Virus record (IMG/VR): IMGVR_UViG_3300030098_004824
Location: 1-64,000 of that record
DNA: 64,000 bases
From: a virus
Strand: one strand, 5' to 3'
Shown: positions 27,601 through 36,939 of the stretch, one piece after another
Numbering within the stretch: the first letter of the stretch is position 1
Layout: each line of letters opens with the position of its first letter
Program-made: the position numbers and the translations under genes
Notes under the pieces: generated by a model
Database searches by the model: none
The model's input: only the letters and a program-made list of their open reading frames with translations
What the model was told of the DNA's origin: nothing

Positions 27601-30600
27601 AAGATAGTAATTTTAAGTATCAATATGATACAAATGATCTTGAGAAAAAATTCAATGTTCAAAGAGTAGGTGTTACTGGTGTAGATGGAACCGCAAAAGT
27701 AACTTTATCAGTAAATAAAAATACTCCAGATCTTTTATATTACAAATTAGATACTGTAGAAGTAAGTAGTTTACCTGCAGTTAAATCTGAAATAAATGTT
27801 GATGGTGAAGTTCGTGGTAATAATGAATTTGCATCAAAAACAAGTTTATATAATGGAACCTTTAGAGTTTCTGCTGGAGCAGCTGATACATCTTTCTCAT
27901 ACAGTGTAACTAGAATTCCTGAAAATACTTCTTATATTTCTACTGAAAATGCTACTATATTATATACAACCAATTGTACTCATACAGTTGGACCAATTGC
28001 AGATGTTGAAATAAAAGATGCTGGCAAAAATTATTATTCTCTTCCAGGAATTACTACAATTACTACTGGTGGTGGTAAAAATGCAGTTTTAGAACCTTCT
28101 AGTACTTCTATTGGTTTAATAAAAACTGTTAATATTGATAAAATTGGTTTTGATCTTTCTATTGATAAAACCGTAAGACCTTCTGTTATTTTACCAAATA
28201 TTATAAAAATAAATTCATTTGCTTCCTTTGAATCTATTGGTATATCTTCTCAGGGTAAAGGATATAGTACAGCTCCTTCTTTAAAGGTATTTGATGGAAA
28301 GGATGATACTTTAATTACCGATCTTGATCTTAGATATGATACGGGTGATACTTCTGTGGAGATATTGAAAAATACCTATGGAATGAATAATGTACCTCCA
28401 AAAATAATTCCTACTGGAAATACAAATGGTGTAGGAATTAGCACTGTTGGATTTAATACAATTACCAAGTATGCGACAATAACATTAGATGTTGGATTTA
28501 GTACAGCAAATACATTCCCATTTGTTGTTGGTGATAGAGTATTAATTGAAGGTATAAGTGTTGGTGTTGGATCAACTGGTAAAGGATTTAATTCATCTGC
28601 ATATAATTACAAATTATTTACTATAACTTCAACAGATCCAAATATTGGTGGAGTTGGTGCTACTGTATCTTATAGTCTTGATGGTGATTATGATGATGGT
28701 GAGATTGTTGGATTATATGATGGTGATAATTCTGCTGGAAGAATAATTGCGGAAAAAACATTCCCAGTTTTTAATGCAATATTGAAATTTAATGATTTTG
28801 CAATTGGAGAAACTGTAGAATCAGATACTACTTCTGGTAGTGTTGAAGCTTGGGATAGGCAAAATGGAATTTTAAGAGTTTCAACAAGTGATAACTTTGT
28901 TGTTAATGAAAGAATTAAAGGATTAGCATCTAAAACTGAAGGACTTGCTTCTTCCGTAACAACATATAATTCTTCTTTTGAATTAAGTCCTTTAACTAAG
29001 GTTATTAAAGGATCTGAAACTGTATCTGGATTTTTAAATGAGAGTATTCAAAGAGTTCAAGATAGTTTATATTATCAGAATTTCTCATATGCTTTAAGAT
29101 CTGAAGTTGATTATGATACATGGGATGATGCTATCAGTGCTTCTGATCATACTGCAGGGTTTAAGAAATTTTCTGATTATCAATTAGTAACTCCTCCTAC
29201 AGAAGGAACTGACAATAATATGACGGTTGGAATATCATCCAATTCTATGGAAATTACTAATGAATTAGTAGGATTTGTTGATTTAAATTGTGTTTATGAT
29301 TTTGATTTAGTTAGAGAAAATGTACTTTGGCAAGGAGGTGGATTCTCTTCAGATGAAATTTATTTCAATAGTAGAATCTTAACTGATTATTATGAATCTG
29401 CTGGAAATAGAGTTTTATTACTTGACGATTTTAGTGGATTGTTTAATAGTAATCCAAGACCAACTCGTTATTCTTTAGTTGATCAATGGCCTCTTAATAC
29501 CCATAGATCATTAAAATATTTCCTTTTCTATAGAGATAGAAGATTTACTGGAGAAAAGGAGTGTATGGTTGTTGATCTTGTTCATGATGGATCATATTCT
29601 TATATGAACCAATATGGTGGTGTTGATACTAAACAAGCACTTGGAACATTTGATTTTCAGGTTGATGGTATAGATGGACAATTATTATTTTTCCCATATA
29701 AGTATTCTATAAACGATTATGATATTGGATTTATTGCGTATTCTTTAGATGATAATATTTTAGGTATTGGTACAACTAATATTGGTGGAATTGCTCAATT
29801 AGATACTACTAGTTGTTCTACGTGGGCAGGAGGTAATCCAGGATTTACTACAACTTTAGTTTCTGTTGGTCACACATATAGATCAATGAAACTTTTAGTT
29901 TCTATGAGTAATAATAATAATGAACATCAATTTAACGAACTTAATATAGTTCATGATAATACTGATGCATATGCAGTTGATTATGGAGAATTAGATACTT
30001 CTCAAACACTTACAAGAAGAGAATCTACAGGATTTGGAACATATTATGCATATCTTGATAGTGGAAATATGATTGTTAAATTTATACCAAAAAATAATGG
30101 TATTGGAGTAACTATTAATACAATTCAAGTTGGATTAGGTAGTGATATTCCTAATGGTATTGGAACAGCAAATATGCTACATGCTGATTTAATAGCAAAA
30201 TCAACAGCTATTGAATCTTCTGGTTCTCCAGGATTCCATACTGTTGGTTCTTATAATGAGAATTTTGATGCTGGATATTTCTTTGTACAGGTTTCTGATT
30301 CAACAAATAATATGCATTCAGTTCATGAGATACTTGTAGTTGATAATGATACTGATGATACTGTTGGAACCACATATGATCTTGAGTATGGTGTAGTTGA
30401 AACTAATACTGGACTAGGAACATTTGGATCAAGGTTTAATGGAACTACTAGAGAATTATTATTTACTCCAAAAGCAGGACTTGCAGTTACTGTTACCAGT
30501 TATATGAATGCTTGGACATTCTTAGATGCACCTTCTGATACTTTGGAATTTAATAATGGAATGATTAGAACTGGTTATGGATTATATGAAGGAACAGAAA

Positions 30601-33600
30601 ATGCTATTAAGAGATCATTTGATTTAACACATGAATTAAATCCAGTATTTGAAAGGTATTGGGTTGGTAATGATAGTAATATTGTTAGTGTTTCTGCCGA
30701 TACTATTAAAATTCCAAATCATTTTTGGGTTAGTGGTGAATCTGTCAAGTATAAGCATAATGGTGGCATTACATCTGCTATTGGTATAGGACAGAGTAAT
30801 TTTGCAGGTATAGGAAATACGACATACTTACCAGAAGATTTATTCATTATTAAAATTAGTGAAGATAAAGTTAAACTTGCAAGTTCTGCAGAAAATGCAT
30901 TAAAGAGAATTCCTATTGCATTAGATATTACAAGTGTTGGTATTGGTACTTCTCATAGATTTGTATCAACTAATCAAAATGCTAAAGCAATTTTATCTAT
31001 TGATAACGTAATTCAATCCCCCGTTGTTGCAACTGCAATAACTACTGTTCTTTCAGATCAAGTATGGTCAGTTGATGAACATATAAGTGTTAGTGGAATT
31101 ACATCATTCTTTGGATCTGACATAATCAAGGTTGGCGATGAAATAATGAAAATTAAGGCTGTTGGTGTTGGATCAACAAACCAATTTAAAGTTCGTAGGG
31201 GATGGATGGGTACCCAAATTGGATATGCTCATACTAATACATTGGTTACTAAGATTAATGGAAATTATAACATAATTGATAATGTATGTACCTTTGCAGA
31301 AGCACCATTTGGTAATGTTCCACTATCATCAACTACTAATGCTCCAGATGAAAGAGATTGGATTGGAATAGCAACAGGATCTAGTTTTCAAGGAAGAACC
31401 TTTATGCGTTCTGGTGTAGAGGATGAAGCAAATGAAACTTATTATAGAAACTTAATTTTTGATGATTTCTCTAATGATTTTAATGGAATTGATAAATCAT
31501 TTACTTTAAAATCAAATGGATCTAATGTTAGTGGATTTTCTACTGAAAATGCAGTAATGTTAATTAATGATGTTTTCCAAGCTCCAGGAGCAACTTCAAA
31601 TTATACATTGGCTGAATCATCTGGTGTTACAACTGCAACATTTACTGGTTTTGCTGCTTCTATCGGAAATGATGTTAATACTGCAGGTATTCCACTTGGT
31701 GGTGTTCTTCTTTCTGTTGGTTCAACTGAAGGATTGGGGTATCAACCTCTTGTATCTGCTGGTGGCACAGTAACTATAGTTTCAGATCAATTAATTCTTG
31801 GTACAGGTCTTACAAATCCAGGTAGTATTTCAACTATTACTATTGGAAATACTGGATCTGGATATAGAGCAAGAACAGAATATGAGATTTTGACTGAAAT
31901 AGCATCTCCAGTTGGTATTGGATCAACAGTAATTTACCTTAAAAATAGAAATAGTGTTTTTGGTTTAATTGATTTATTAAATACTGGATCTAATATTAAA
32001 ATTGGAATAGGGACATGGACATCCCCTGTTGATGTTGTTTCTGTTGGTGGAACATTTGTTCGTTTCCATCCCGATCACGTTCAAGGACATGTTATACCAG
32101 TAGATACTCCTGTTAAAATTGAAGTATCGAATCCTACAGTTGGATTTGCTAATGTTACAGCTATTGTTAGTGATCTTCAGGATGGTGGATTTATTGGATT
32201 ATCAACGGCTGCATATAATCCTATGACGGGTATTATGACAGTGACAACTCTTTCCGAGCACGGAATGAGTGAAGGTGATCATATTAAGATAAGAGATAAG
32301 ACTCTTGCATTTAGTTGTAATGCGGGTGTTGGTGTTCATACTTATTCTGGTGGAACTGTTGGTGCTGCATTTACTGATAATAGTAATAATGCATATACTG
32401 TTACAGATGCTGCTTATGTTGGATCAACAGGTCTCTTAACATTAACTATTGGATCTCATAGTTTAACTACAAGTAATGATATCTGGATTGGTGCTAATAA
32501 GATCGTCTTTACTTGTGATGAAGATGGTCATGCAACAGATCACCCATATCCTCGTACAACTGATCCAGCATATAATACTGGACTTGATATTGTATCAAAA
32601 ACTGCCACAACTATTACTGTTAATGTTGGTATTGGATCAACTACAGATGCAAAACTCTATCCAAGAGAGTCTGATCCTATAAGTGGTAGATGGATAAAGA
32701 CATCTAATGTATCTTCTAAATCATTTGAAGTTCAAGTTCTTGATAATGCACCTTCTACAAATAGGTCTACTCACGTATTCCAGTATGCACACCCTAATGC
32801 AATTGTTGTTGGTGAAAAGATTCCAGAATACCATGTTGGTTTTGCTACAATTTTAACTGGAACAGGACATATATCAACAAATGTAAGTATAACAAATACT
32901 GAACAAAGGTTCTATTCTAAGAGGACAATTTCAAATGTAGGATATAATTCAGTAACTGGTATGACTACTGTTACTACAACAACTCCTCATGGATTAATAG
33001 ATGATGATTTTGTAAAAGTTTCTGGTATTGCATTTACTTGTGATTATAAATCAGAAGTTAATATTAGTGGTATTGCATATAGTGCAGCAAGTGGAATTAT
33101 GACGGTTACTACTTCTGCTGGACATGGATTAACAACATATGGAACAGTTGCAAGCACTGTTATTTTAACTGGAATTGGTATGACATGTCAGTTAGACAAT
33201 GGATCATCTACTCATACTTATCCAAGAACTAACGATCCAACTTATAATGGTAATAAAGTTTTAGAAGTTTTAAGTTCTACTCAATTTGTAGTTAACGTTG
33301 GTATTTCAACTGTACCAACATTCTATCAATCAGGAGGAACTGCACAAGGAGCTATTATTGCACCAAGACCAAGTGATCCAGCATCTAATGGATCAGAAGT
33401 ACTTCGTGTAGTAAGTCCAACATCATTTGAAATTAATAGTGGAATATCAACAAGAGTTCATCGTTATGCAAGAGGTGGAACAGTTGATAAAATTACTGAA
33501 TTAGAAATTGATTCACCACTTTCATATGAAAATTTACCACTTTATTATTCTTCATCTTCAATATCAGGGGTTGGAAGTAATGCAACAGTAGATTTAACTG

Positions 33601-35357
33601 TTGGTGCAGGTTCAAGTGTACTTGACTTCTCTATAGATCTTAAAGGATATGGTTATGGTGTTGGTGAAAAATTAACAATTCCTAGAAGTGGATTGACTGG
33701 TATACCAACAACTTCTGACTGGGATGGAAATGAATTCTTACTTACAGTTCAAAAAGTATTTAAAGATGAATTTACTGGATGGACTCTTGGTGAACTTCAA
33801 TTATTAGATTCTCCACAAGGTAGTTTTGATGGAAATAAGAGATCATTTAATATAACTCTTGCAGGTAGTTTGATATCTATTCTTGCTAAGAGAGGATCTA
33901 GAATAAATGTTCAAGATGTTCTTTTAGTCTTTGTTAATGATGTACTTCAAGTTCCTGGTAGAGGATATGAATTCCCTGGTGGTAGTTTAATAACCTTCAG
34001 TGAAGCACCTAAAGAAGGTGATACATGTAAAATACTATTCTATAAAGGAACTGGAAGTACGGATGTTACTTTTGTAGAAGTAATTGAAACTGTTAAACCA
34101 GGTGATATGCTTACAATTAGTGCAAATCCAGATAAGGGACATCCTTATTATTGGAATGAAAATGGAAGAATGGTTCTTAGAATTGATTCTACTGATAAAG
34201 TAACCACACCAATTTATAATGGTCCAGGAAATGTATCTGATGAAACATTATCAAGACCAGTTAAATGGTGTAGACAAACTGAAGATAAATTTATTAATGA
34301 AAAAATAGAATCTAAAGATAGACAATTATATGAACCAATTATCCATCCATATGCACATATTATTAAATCTGTTGGTATTGGTTCAACAGTAGTATATGTT
34401 AATAATGTGAGACCATTCTTCAATCCTTCTAATGAAAATGATCAAACAGTTACATTCCAAGATAAAGTTACCTTTATAAATCAAGATTCTTTAGTTGGTG
34501 CAAGTGCAACTGCAATTGTTTCTGCAGCAGGAACTATTTCTTCTATTGATGTAACTAGTGGTGGTGTTGGTTATTCAACTGCAACTGTTAGTGTTGCAAG
34601 TACTGTTGGTATTGGTACGTCTACTCAATGTTTTGGTAATGTTACTATAAGTGCTGGTGGGACAGTTTCTGGTATAGCAATCACAAGTCCTGGTGTTGGA
34701 TATACATCATCAAATCCACCAGTTGTTCTTATTACTCCACCAACTATTGGTGATAAGGAGGAAAACTCTGTAGTCACTTTTGCTGGTGAGCAAGGTATTA
34801 TTGTTGGATTTGGATCTACTAATGTTGGTGTTGGAACAACTCAATTATTCTTTGATTTACATATTCCACTTAATTCTTATTTGAGAAATGCAAATATTGC
34901 TGGTGCTGCTTTAACATTGAGTGTATTGCAACAAAATGATTACTTTATGGTATTTGATAGTTGTGCTGGTACAGCATCAACTACTATTAGATCTTTAGAT
35001 AATCAGACTGGAAATGTTGTTGGTATTGGAAGTTCCTTTATAGATAATGTGTATGTCGTTAAGACTGCTGAAGATATTGATGGACCAGCTGGTTATGATG
35101 GTATTGGTAACACAACTCTTAGAAGAGTATTCTGTGATATCCAAGATGATTTTACACATGATTATGCAGGATTAATTACATCAACTTATTGGGGTTCCTT
35201 TAGTTGGGGTCGAATTGATGTTAAATCAAGAGCTGGATTAAATTCTTATACCGCATATACTTTGGGTGGTATAGGAACTAATGATGTTACTGGAATTCAA
35301 ACTTCTATGAAAGTTCAAAGGACAGTTGCATTGAAATATAAAAATTATGATACATAA
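21606..35357 (+). CDS. gp7: Giant baseplate wedge initiator gp7-like structural protein (4583 aa)
   Basis: Position between gp6 and gp8; KDFYSSRGT..SFEILFK, YYQNFSY, HTAGFKKF; YHYH-like and fibre repeats. Confidence 0.75.
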   Translation: MPVTGIATHRVKFNNVVQNQLPQYVRNEFPLIENFLKQYYISQEFDGAPVDLIQNIDQYVKVDEITNLTDSAVLKGNITEYVTTINVNQYYSEQLDGFPDSYGIIKIDNEIITYTGKTANSFTGCVRGFSGISSHISPDNPEQLVFESTNAATHLDGATIHNLSNLFLKEFLRKTKRQILPLLDERQFSSDLDENVFIKQSKDFYSSRGTDRSFEILFKSLYNKEVDVVKPREFLFTPSNSDYRVTNDLIVEAIEGDPTNLELATLIQQPYAFGSGIEKAYAPITAVEKIVSNEGNNFYQLSIDAGYSRDISVDGATYGKFSVIPRTRNIGQVSAGATFFDVDSTVGFGTTGELSVTYNDASIGIVSYTSKSLTQFYGVTNVTSPILDGTNIGIDTCAYGQSTVDSTERIKVRINSVINRLEYPKDAYYYNAGDTANISALGRKSRNFKTKNWVYNNYALYNVKSVSLVDSSDQTWDITLFVDHDFKINDSITIVGQDGVDRNGQVVDVLSVKSLTIKGQGGLNINETYTINRNISKTSSTTFIDARKYACNVQNVYEDDKEIVVASPSLPSYTINTDDRTVKFSGTYVGTELLITSGSLADHGYYTGDAIQYDTNITTTTSYDGWGNTITKNVSGERLFPTGLYFVKRVSANSIKLAKSRTDLFNGDFVEVESSTTVVDQTIKPYSFKDRTLSSQKLIRKFADPVYDGNANTETNPGYTGMLCNGVEILNYKSNDVVYYGQIDKIDVLDPGLDYDVVNPPSLLIEDSVGTGATGSVSVKGVLTQLRVLDTGFDYLDKPTVTISGGNGTPSEVLVNMKKIDHSTSFFADLDSDQVGLGTTSGTLGEWYETIGFSTFHKFRNNEKVIYDSGNQSGVGGLSTNAVYYVSTMIGLGNTTESFTKIKLYPTLSDSLAGINTVVLTSYGEGRHALRSFEKKSVLAGINVVSGGIYENKQRKVAASGVSTSKDQITIKDHDYKDGEIIKYTAGDSGIGGLTDGSEYYITKIDNDTFKLSTVGVGTTSGVDFYQKTKQYINLTSIGVGTHTFNYPGITVTVSGNVGVASTGLETFQASVQPIIRGTITSATLDDKGSGYGTGEIINYNRKPDVSLISGEQAQITPIVVDGKIVEVVVLNKGKQYSSPPDIRISGDGTGASVTPILSDGLLSSVKVVESGSGYTQQNTSGIVVFTGRGANFDPHIQKWTVNLAQKNRAHIDEDDGIIEDGINRSFGLQYSHVYAPRKYRQSVSSVDQDGNILYGNKDLYKEQGQEQVRDEHSPIMGWAYDGHPIYGPYGYISKEGGLIERMRSGYIEEASKKTNRPSLIEFPAGFFVEDYTYKPLTQDTVLDKNNGRFCVTPEFPNGTYAYFATIDNIISQEAPFSGYFEPVFPYFIGDSFYAKPNEFNLHRTSNQDEFDLNDTEYYRNTKPYNLIEGKINYKYLTIPNNLNQTASIKGVSPGRIEKIGIVTAGSGYRVNDELVFDNTGTKGAGVSARVSKLKGVSVDNISVATSSITGVEIYPFTKNEYILYSDNPHNFNNLDIISITGLSTESSGLEGNYIAGIETGTYVFAGVGTTGGGGLGPATSTGMVSDINVVGNLGFNHIRENDIIGIGTEEVRVLNVLENASALRIERGVNGVTGTSHTAGAVLRIDQRKIKINAGFKTDHNYRINKQIYFNPSETVGLGTTSGVGIGTTIFFTGITSTNLGISSIYIPTQALYIPGHNLKTGDQVTYSPGNGGSGMSVGMGTTTPENAAGITTLTDGQTLYVAKYSNDIIGLATVRVGLGTTGIFVGLVTNYPLGRQTPLYFRTLGVGNSHSIKTNYSPITGEIVRNLVTIDTGISTHGIHVGHDVDVDVNTGTTTSFDFQYDDFYRKLIVNPRSFDGGNITTSTNSITITDHNWQTGQKIIHQSDGPAEGLGTNEIYYVVKVDKDTIKLSDSYYNATQFVPKTIGIGTTGTNGSIKPINPPLEVYRDATVTFTLANGSLGYEVQGTSYPAFQLNFYKDSNFKYQYDTNDLEKKFNVQRVGVTGVDGTAKVTLSVNKNTPDLLYYKLDTVEVSSLPAVKSEINVDGEVRGNNEFASKTSLYNGTFRVSAGAADTSFSYSVTRIPENTSYISTENATILYTTNCTHTVGPIADVEIKDAGKNYYSLPGITTITTGGGKNAVLEPSSTSIGLIKTVNIDKIGFDLSIDKTVRPSVILPNIIKINSFASFESIGISSQGKGYSTAPSLKVFDGKDDTLITDLDLRYDTGDTSVEILKNTYGMNNVPPKIIPTGNTNGVGISTVGFNTITKYATITLDVGFSTANTFPFVVGDRVLIEGISVGVGSTGKGFNSSAYNYKLFTITSTDPNIGGVGATVSYSLDGDYDDGEIVGLYDGDNSAGRIIAEKTFPVFNAILKFNDFAIGETVESDTTSGSVEAWDRQNGILRVSTSDNFVVNERIKGLASKTEGLASSVTTYNSSFELSPLTKVIKGSETVSGFLNESIQRVQDSLYYQNFSYALRSEVDYDTWDDAISASDHTAGFKKFSDYQLVTPPTEGTDNNMTVGISSNSMEITNELVGFVDLNCVYDFDLVRENVLWQGGGFSSDEIYFNSRILTDYYESAGNRVLLLDDFSGLFNSNPRPTRYSLVDQWPLNTHRSLKYFLFYRDRRFTGEKECMVVDLVHDGSYSYMNQYGGVDTKQALGTFDFQVDGIDGQLLFFPYKYSINDYDIGFIAYSLDDNILGIGTTNIGGIAQLDTTSCSTWAGGNPGFTTTLVSVGHTYRSMKLLVSMSNNNNEHQFNELNIVHDNTDAYAVDYGELDTSQTLTRRESTGFGTYYAYLDSGNMIVKFIPKNNGIGVTINTIQVGLGSDIPNGIGTANMLHADLIAKSTAIESSGSPGFHTVGSYNENFDAGYFFVQVSDSTNNMHSVHEILVVDNDTDDTVGTTYDLEYGVVETNTGLGTFGSRFNGTTRELLFTPKAGLAVTVTSYMNAWTFLDAPSDTLEFNNGMIRTGYGLYEGTENAIKRSFDLTHELNPVFERYWVGNDSNIVSVSADTIKIPNHFWVSGESVKYKHNGGITSAIGIGQSNFAGIGNTTYLPEDLFIIKISEDKVKLASSAENALKRIPIALDITSVGIGTSHRFVSTNQNAKAILSIDNVIQSPVVATAITTVLSDQVWSVDEHISVSGITSFFGSDIIKVGDEIMKIKAVGVGSTNQFKVRRGWMGTQIGYAHTNTLVTKINGNYNIIDNVCTFAEAPFGNVPLSSTTNAPDERDWIGIATGSSFQGRTFMRSGVEDEANETYYRNLIFDDFSNDFNGIDKSFTLKSNGSNVSGFSTENAVMLINDVFQAPGATSNYTLAESSGVTTATFTGFAASIGNDVNTAGIPLGGVLLSVGSTEGLGYQPLVSAGGTVTIVSDQLILGTGLTNPGSISTITIGNTGSGYRARTEYEILTEIASPVGIGSTVIYLKNRNSVFGLIDLLNTGSNIKIGIGTWTSPVDVVSVGGTFVRFHPDHVQGHVIPVDTPVKIEVSNPTVGFANVTAIVSDLQDGGFIGLSTAAYNPMTGIMTVTTLSEHGMSEGDHIKIRDKTLAFSCNAGVGVHTYSGGTVGAAFTDNSNNAYTVTDAAYVGSTGLLTLTIGSHSLTTSNDIWIGANKIVFTCDEDGHATDHPYPRTTDPAYNTGLDIVSKTATTITVNVGIGSTTDAKLYPRESDPISGRWIKTSNVSSKSFEVQVLDNAPSTNRSTHVFQYAHPNAIVVGEKIPEYHVGFATILTGTGHISTNVSITNTEQRFYSKRTISNVGYNSVTGMTTVTTTTPHGLIDDDFVKVSGIAFTCDYKSEVNISGIAYSAASGIMTVTTSAGHGLTTYGTVASTVILTGIGMTCQLDNGSSTHTYPRTNDPTYNGNKVLEVLSSTQFVVNVGISTVPTFYQSGGTAQGAIIAPRPSDPASNGSEVLRVVSPTSFEINSGISTRVHRYARGGTVDKITELEIDSPLSYENLPLYYSSSSISGVGSNATVDLTVGAGSSVLDFSIDLKGYGYGVGEKLTIPRSGLTGIPTTSDWDGNEFLLTVQKVFKDEFTGWTLGELQLLDSPQGSFDGNKRSFNITLAGSLISILAKRGSRINVQDVLLVFVNDVLQVPGRGYEFPGGSLITFSEAPKEGDTCKILFYKGTGSTDVTFVEVIETVKPGDMLTISANPDKGHPYYWNENGRMVLRIDSTDKVTTPIYNGPGNVSDETLSRPVKWCRQTEDKFINEKIESKDRQLYEPIIHPYAHIIKSVGIGSTVVYVNNVRPFFNPSNENDQTVTFQDKVTFINQDSLVGASATAIVSAAGTISSIDVTSGGVGYSTATVSVASTVGIGTSTQCFGNVTISAGGTVSGIAITSPGVGYTSSNPPVVLITPPTIGDKEENSVVTFAGEQGIIVGFGSTNVGVGTTQLFFDLHIPLNSYLRNANIAGAALTLSVLQQNDYFMVFDSCAGTASTTIRSLDNQTGNVVGIGSSFIDNVYVVKTAEDIDGPAGYDGIGNTTLRRVFCDIQDDFTHDYAGLITSTYWGSFSWGRIDVKSRAGLNSYTAYTLGGIGTNDVTGIQTSMKVQRTVALKYKNYDT

Positions 35358-35382
35358 TAAATAATAAAAAAACTCTGTCAAA

Positions 35383-36933
35383 ATGTCTGCTATTATAACT
35401 GATCAGATTCGAATATTAAATGCTAAGAATTTTGTTTCTGGCGTAACTTCTACTGCGAATGCATATTATTCATTTATTGGATTGCCAAATCCAAATGATT
35501 ATCAATCTGATTGGGATTCTCTACCACCAGCTCCTAAAGATAATTTTTCTGAAGAGAATGATTATTGGGATACTATGGTTGCATTAAAAAAAATTAATTC
35601 GTCGGATGTAAGACAAGTTATTCCAAAAAGAGCATGGTCTTCTGGAACAACATATGATATGTATAGACATGATTATAGCAGATCAAAGACAGCATCGGTT
35701 TCTGGAGCAACTCAGTTATATTCTTCATTTTATTATGTAATGAATAGTGATTATCAAGTTTATATTTGTTTGCAAAATGGAAGTAATCCTGATTATCCTG
35801 CTGGAAGACCTTCTTTAGATGAACCAACATTTACTGATTTAGAACCAAGAACAGCAGGATCAAGTAACGATGGATATGTTTGGAAATATTTGTATACAAT
35901 TACTCCAAGTGATGTTGTAAAATTTGAAACTGTTGATTATATGTCAGTTCCTGCAAATTGGGAGTCTGCAACTGCTAATGCTGCTGTTAGAGACAATGCA
36001 GTTGATGGATCTATCAAGATAGTTACTGTAACTAATCGTGGTGTTGGTCTTGGTACTGCAAATAGGACTTATACAAGAGTTCCTATTAAGGGTGATGGAA
36101 GTGATGCTGAATGTACTATTGTTATAAACAATGATTCTAAAGTTGATACTGTAACAGTTTCAAATCAAGGATCTGGATATACTTATGCTAATGTTGATTT
36201 AATAGCTGGTGGAGTTCCAACAGGAACTACAATTCCAACTATGGATGTTATCATATCTCCTAAAGGTGGACACGGTAAAGACATTTACAGAGAACTTGGT
36301 GCATATAATGTTCTTTTATATTCAAGAATTGAAAATGATAATGAAAATCCAGATTTTGTAACTGGAAATCAAATTGCTAGAGTGGGAGTTATACAAAATC
36401 CAGAAGTTAGTAGTGGAACTTTATTATCAGTTGATAAAGCAAGTGCAGTAAATGCAGTAAGATTAACTGGTACTGGTTATAGTTCTGCATCATTTACTGC
36501 AGATTCTTATGTAACTCAAACAGTTGCAACAGCAACAACTGCGGTTGGAAGAGTTGTAAGTTACAATCCAACAACTGGAGTATTGAAATATTGGCAGGAT
36601 AGATCTGTAACTGGGTTTGCTACTGTTGGTACAGCAATAACTGATCCAAAATACGGATTTAATTCAAATCAATTTACTGCTACTCCTTCATCAGGTGGAA
36701 GCATAACAATTGTTCCTTCAAGTGGATCCAATTTATCAATAGATACATCTTTCACGGGTATATCTACTGTAATAAATAGTAAAACATATTACCTTGGTCA
36801 ATCATTTACTGCTGGAATAGCGGGTCCTGAAGTTAAAAAACACGCAGGAAACATAATTTATGTCGATAATCGACCAGCAATAACCCGATCAGCTAATCAA
36901 AAAGAAGATATTAAAGTTATCTTGCAGTTCTAA
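35383..36933 (+). CDS. gp8: Baseplate wedge subunit gp8
   Basis: MSAIITDQIR, DGYVWKYLYTI, QKEDIKVILQF. Confidence 0.9.
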   Translation: MSAIITDQIRILNAKNFVSGVTSTANAYYSFIGLPNPNDYQSDWDSLPPAPKDNFSEENDYWDTMVALKKINSSDVRQVIPKRAWSSGTTYDMYRHDYSRSKTASVSGATQLYSSFYYVMNSDYQVYICLQNGSNPDYPAGRPSLDEPTFTDLEPRTAGSSNDGYVWKYLYTITPSDVVKFETVDYMSVPANWESATANAAVRDNAVDGSIKIVTVTNRGVGLGTANRTYTRVPIKGDGSDAECTIVINNDSKVDTVTVSNQGSGYTYANVDLIAGGVPTGTTIPTMDVIISPKGGHGKDIYRELGAYNVLLYSRIENDNENPDFVTGNQIARVGVIQNPEVSSGTLLSVDKASAVNAVRLTGTGYSSASFTADSYVTQTVATATTAVGRVVSYNPTTGVLKYWQDRSVTGFATVGTAITDPKYGFNSNQFTATPSSGGSITIVPSSGSNLSIDTSFTGISTVINSKTYYLGQSFTAGIAGPEVKKHAGNIIYVDNRPAITRSANQKEDIKVILQF

Positions 36934-36939
36934 AGAATT

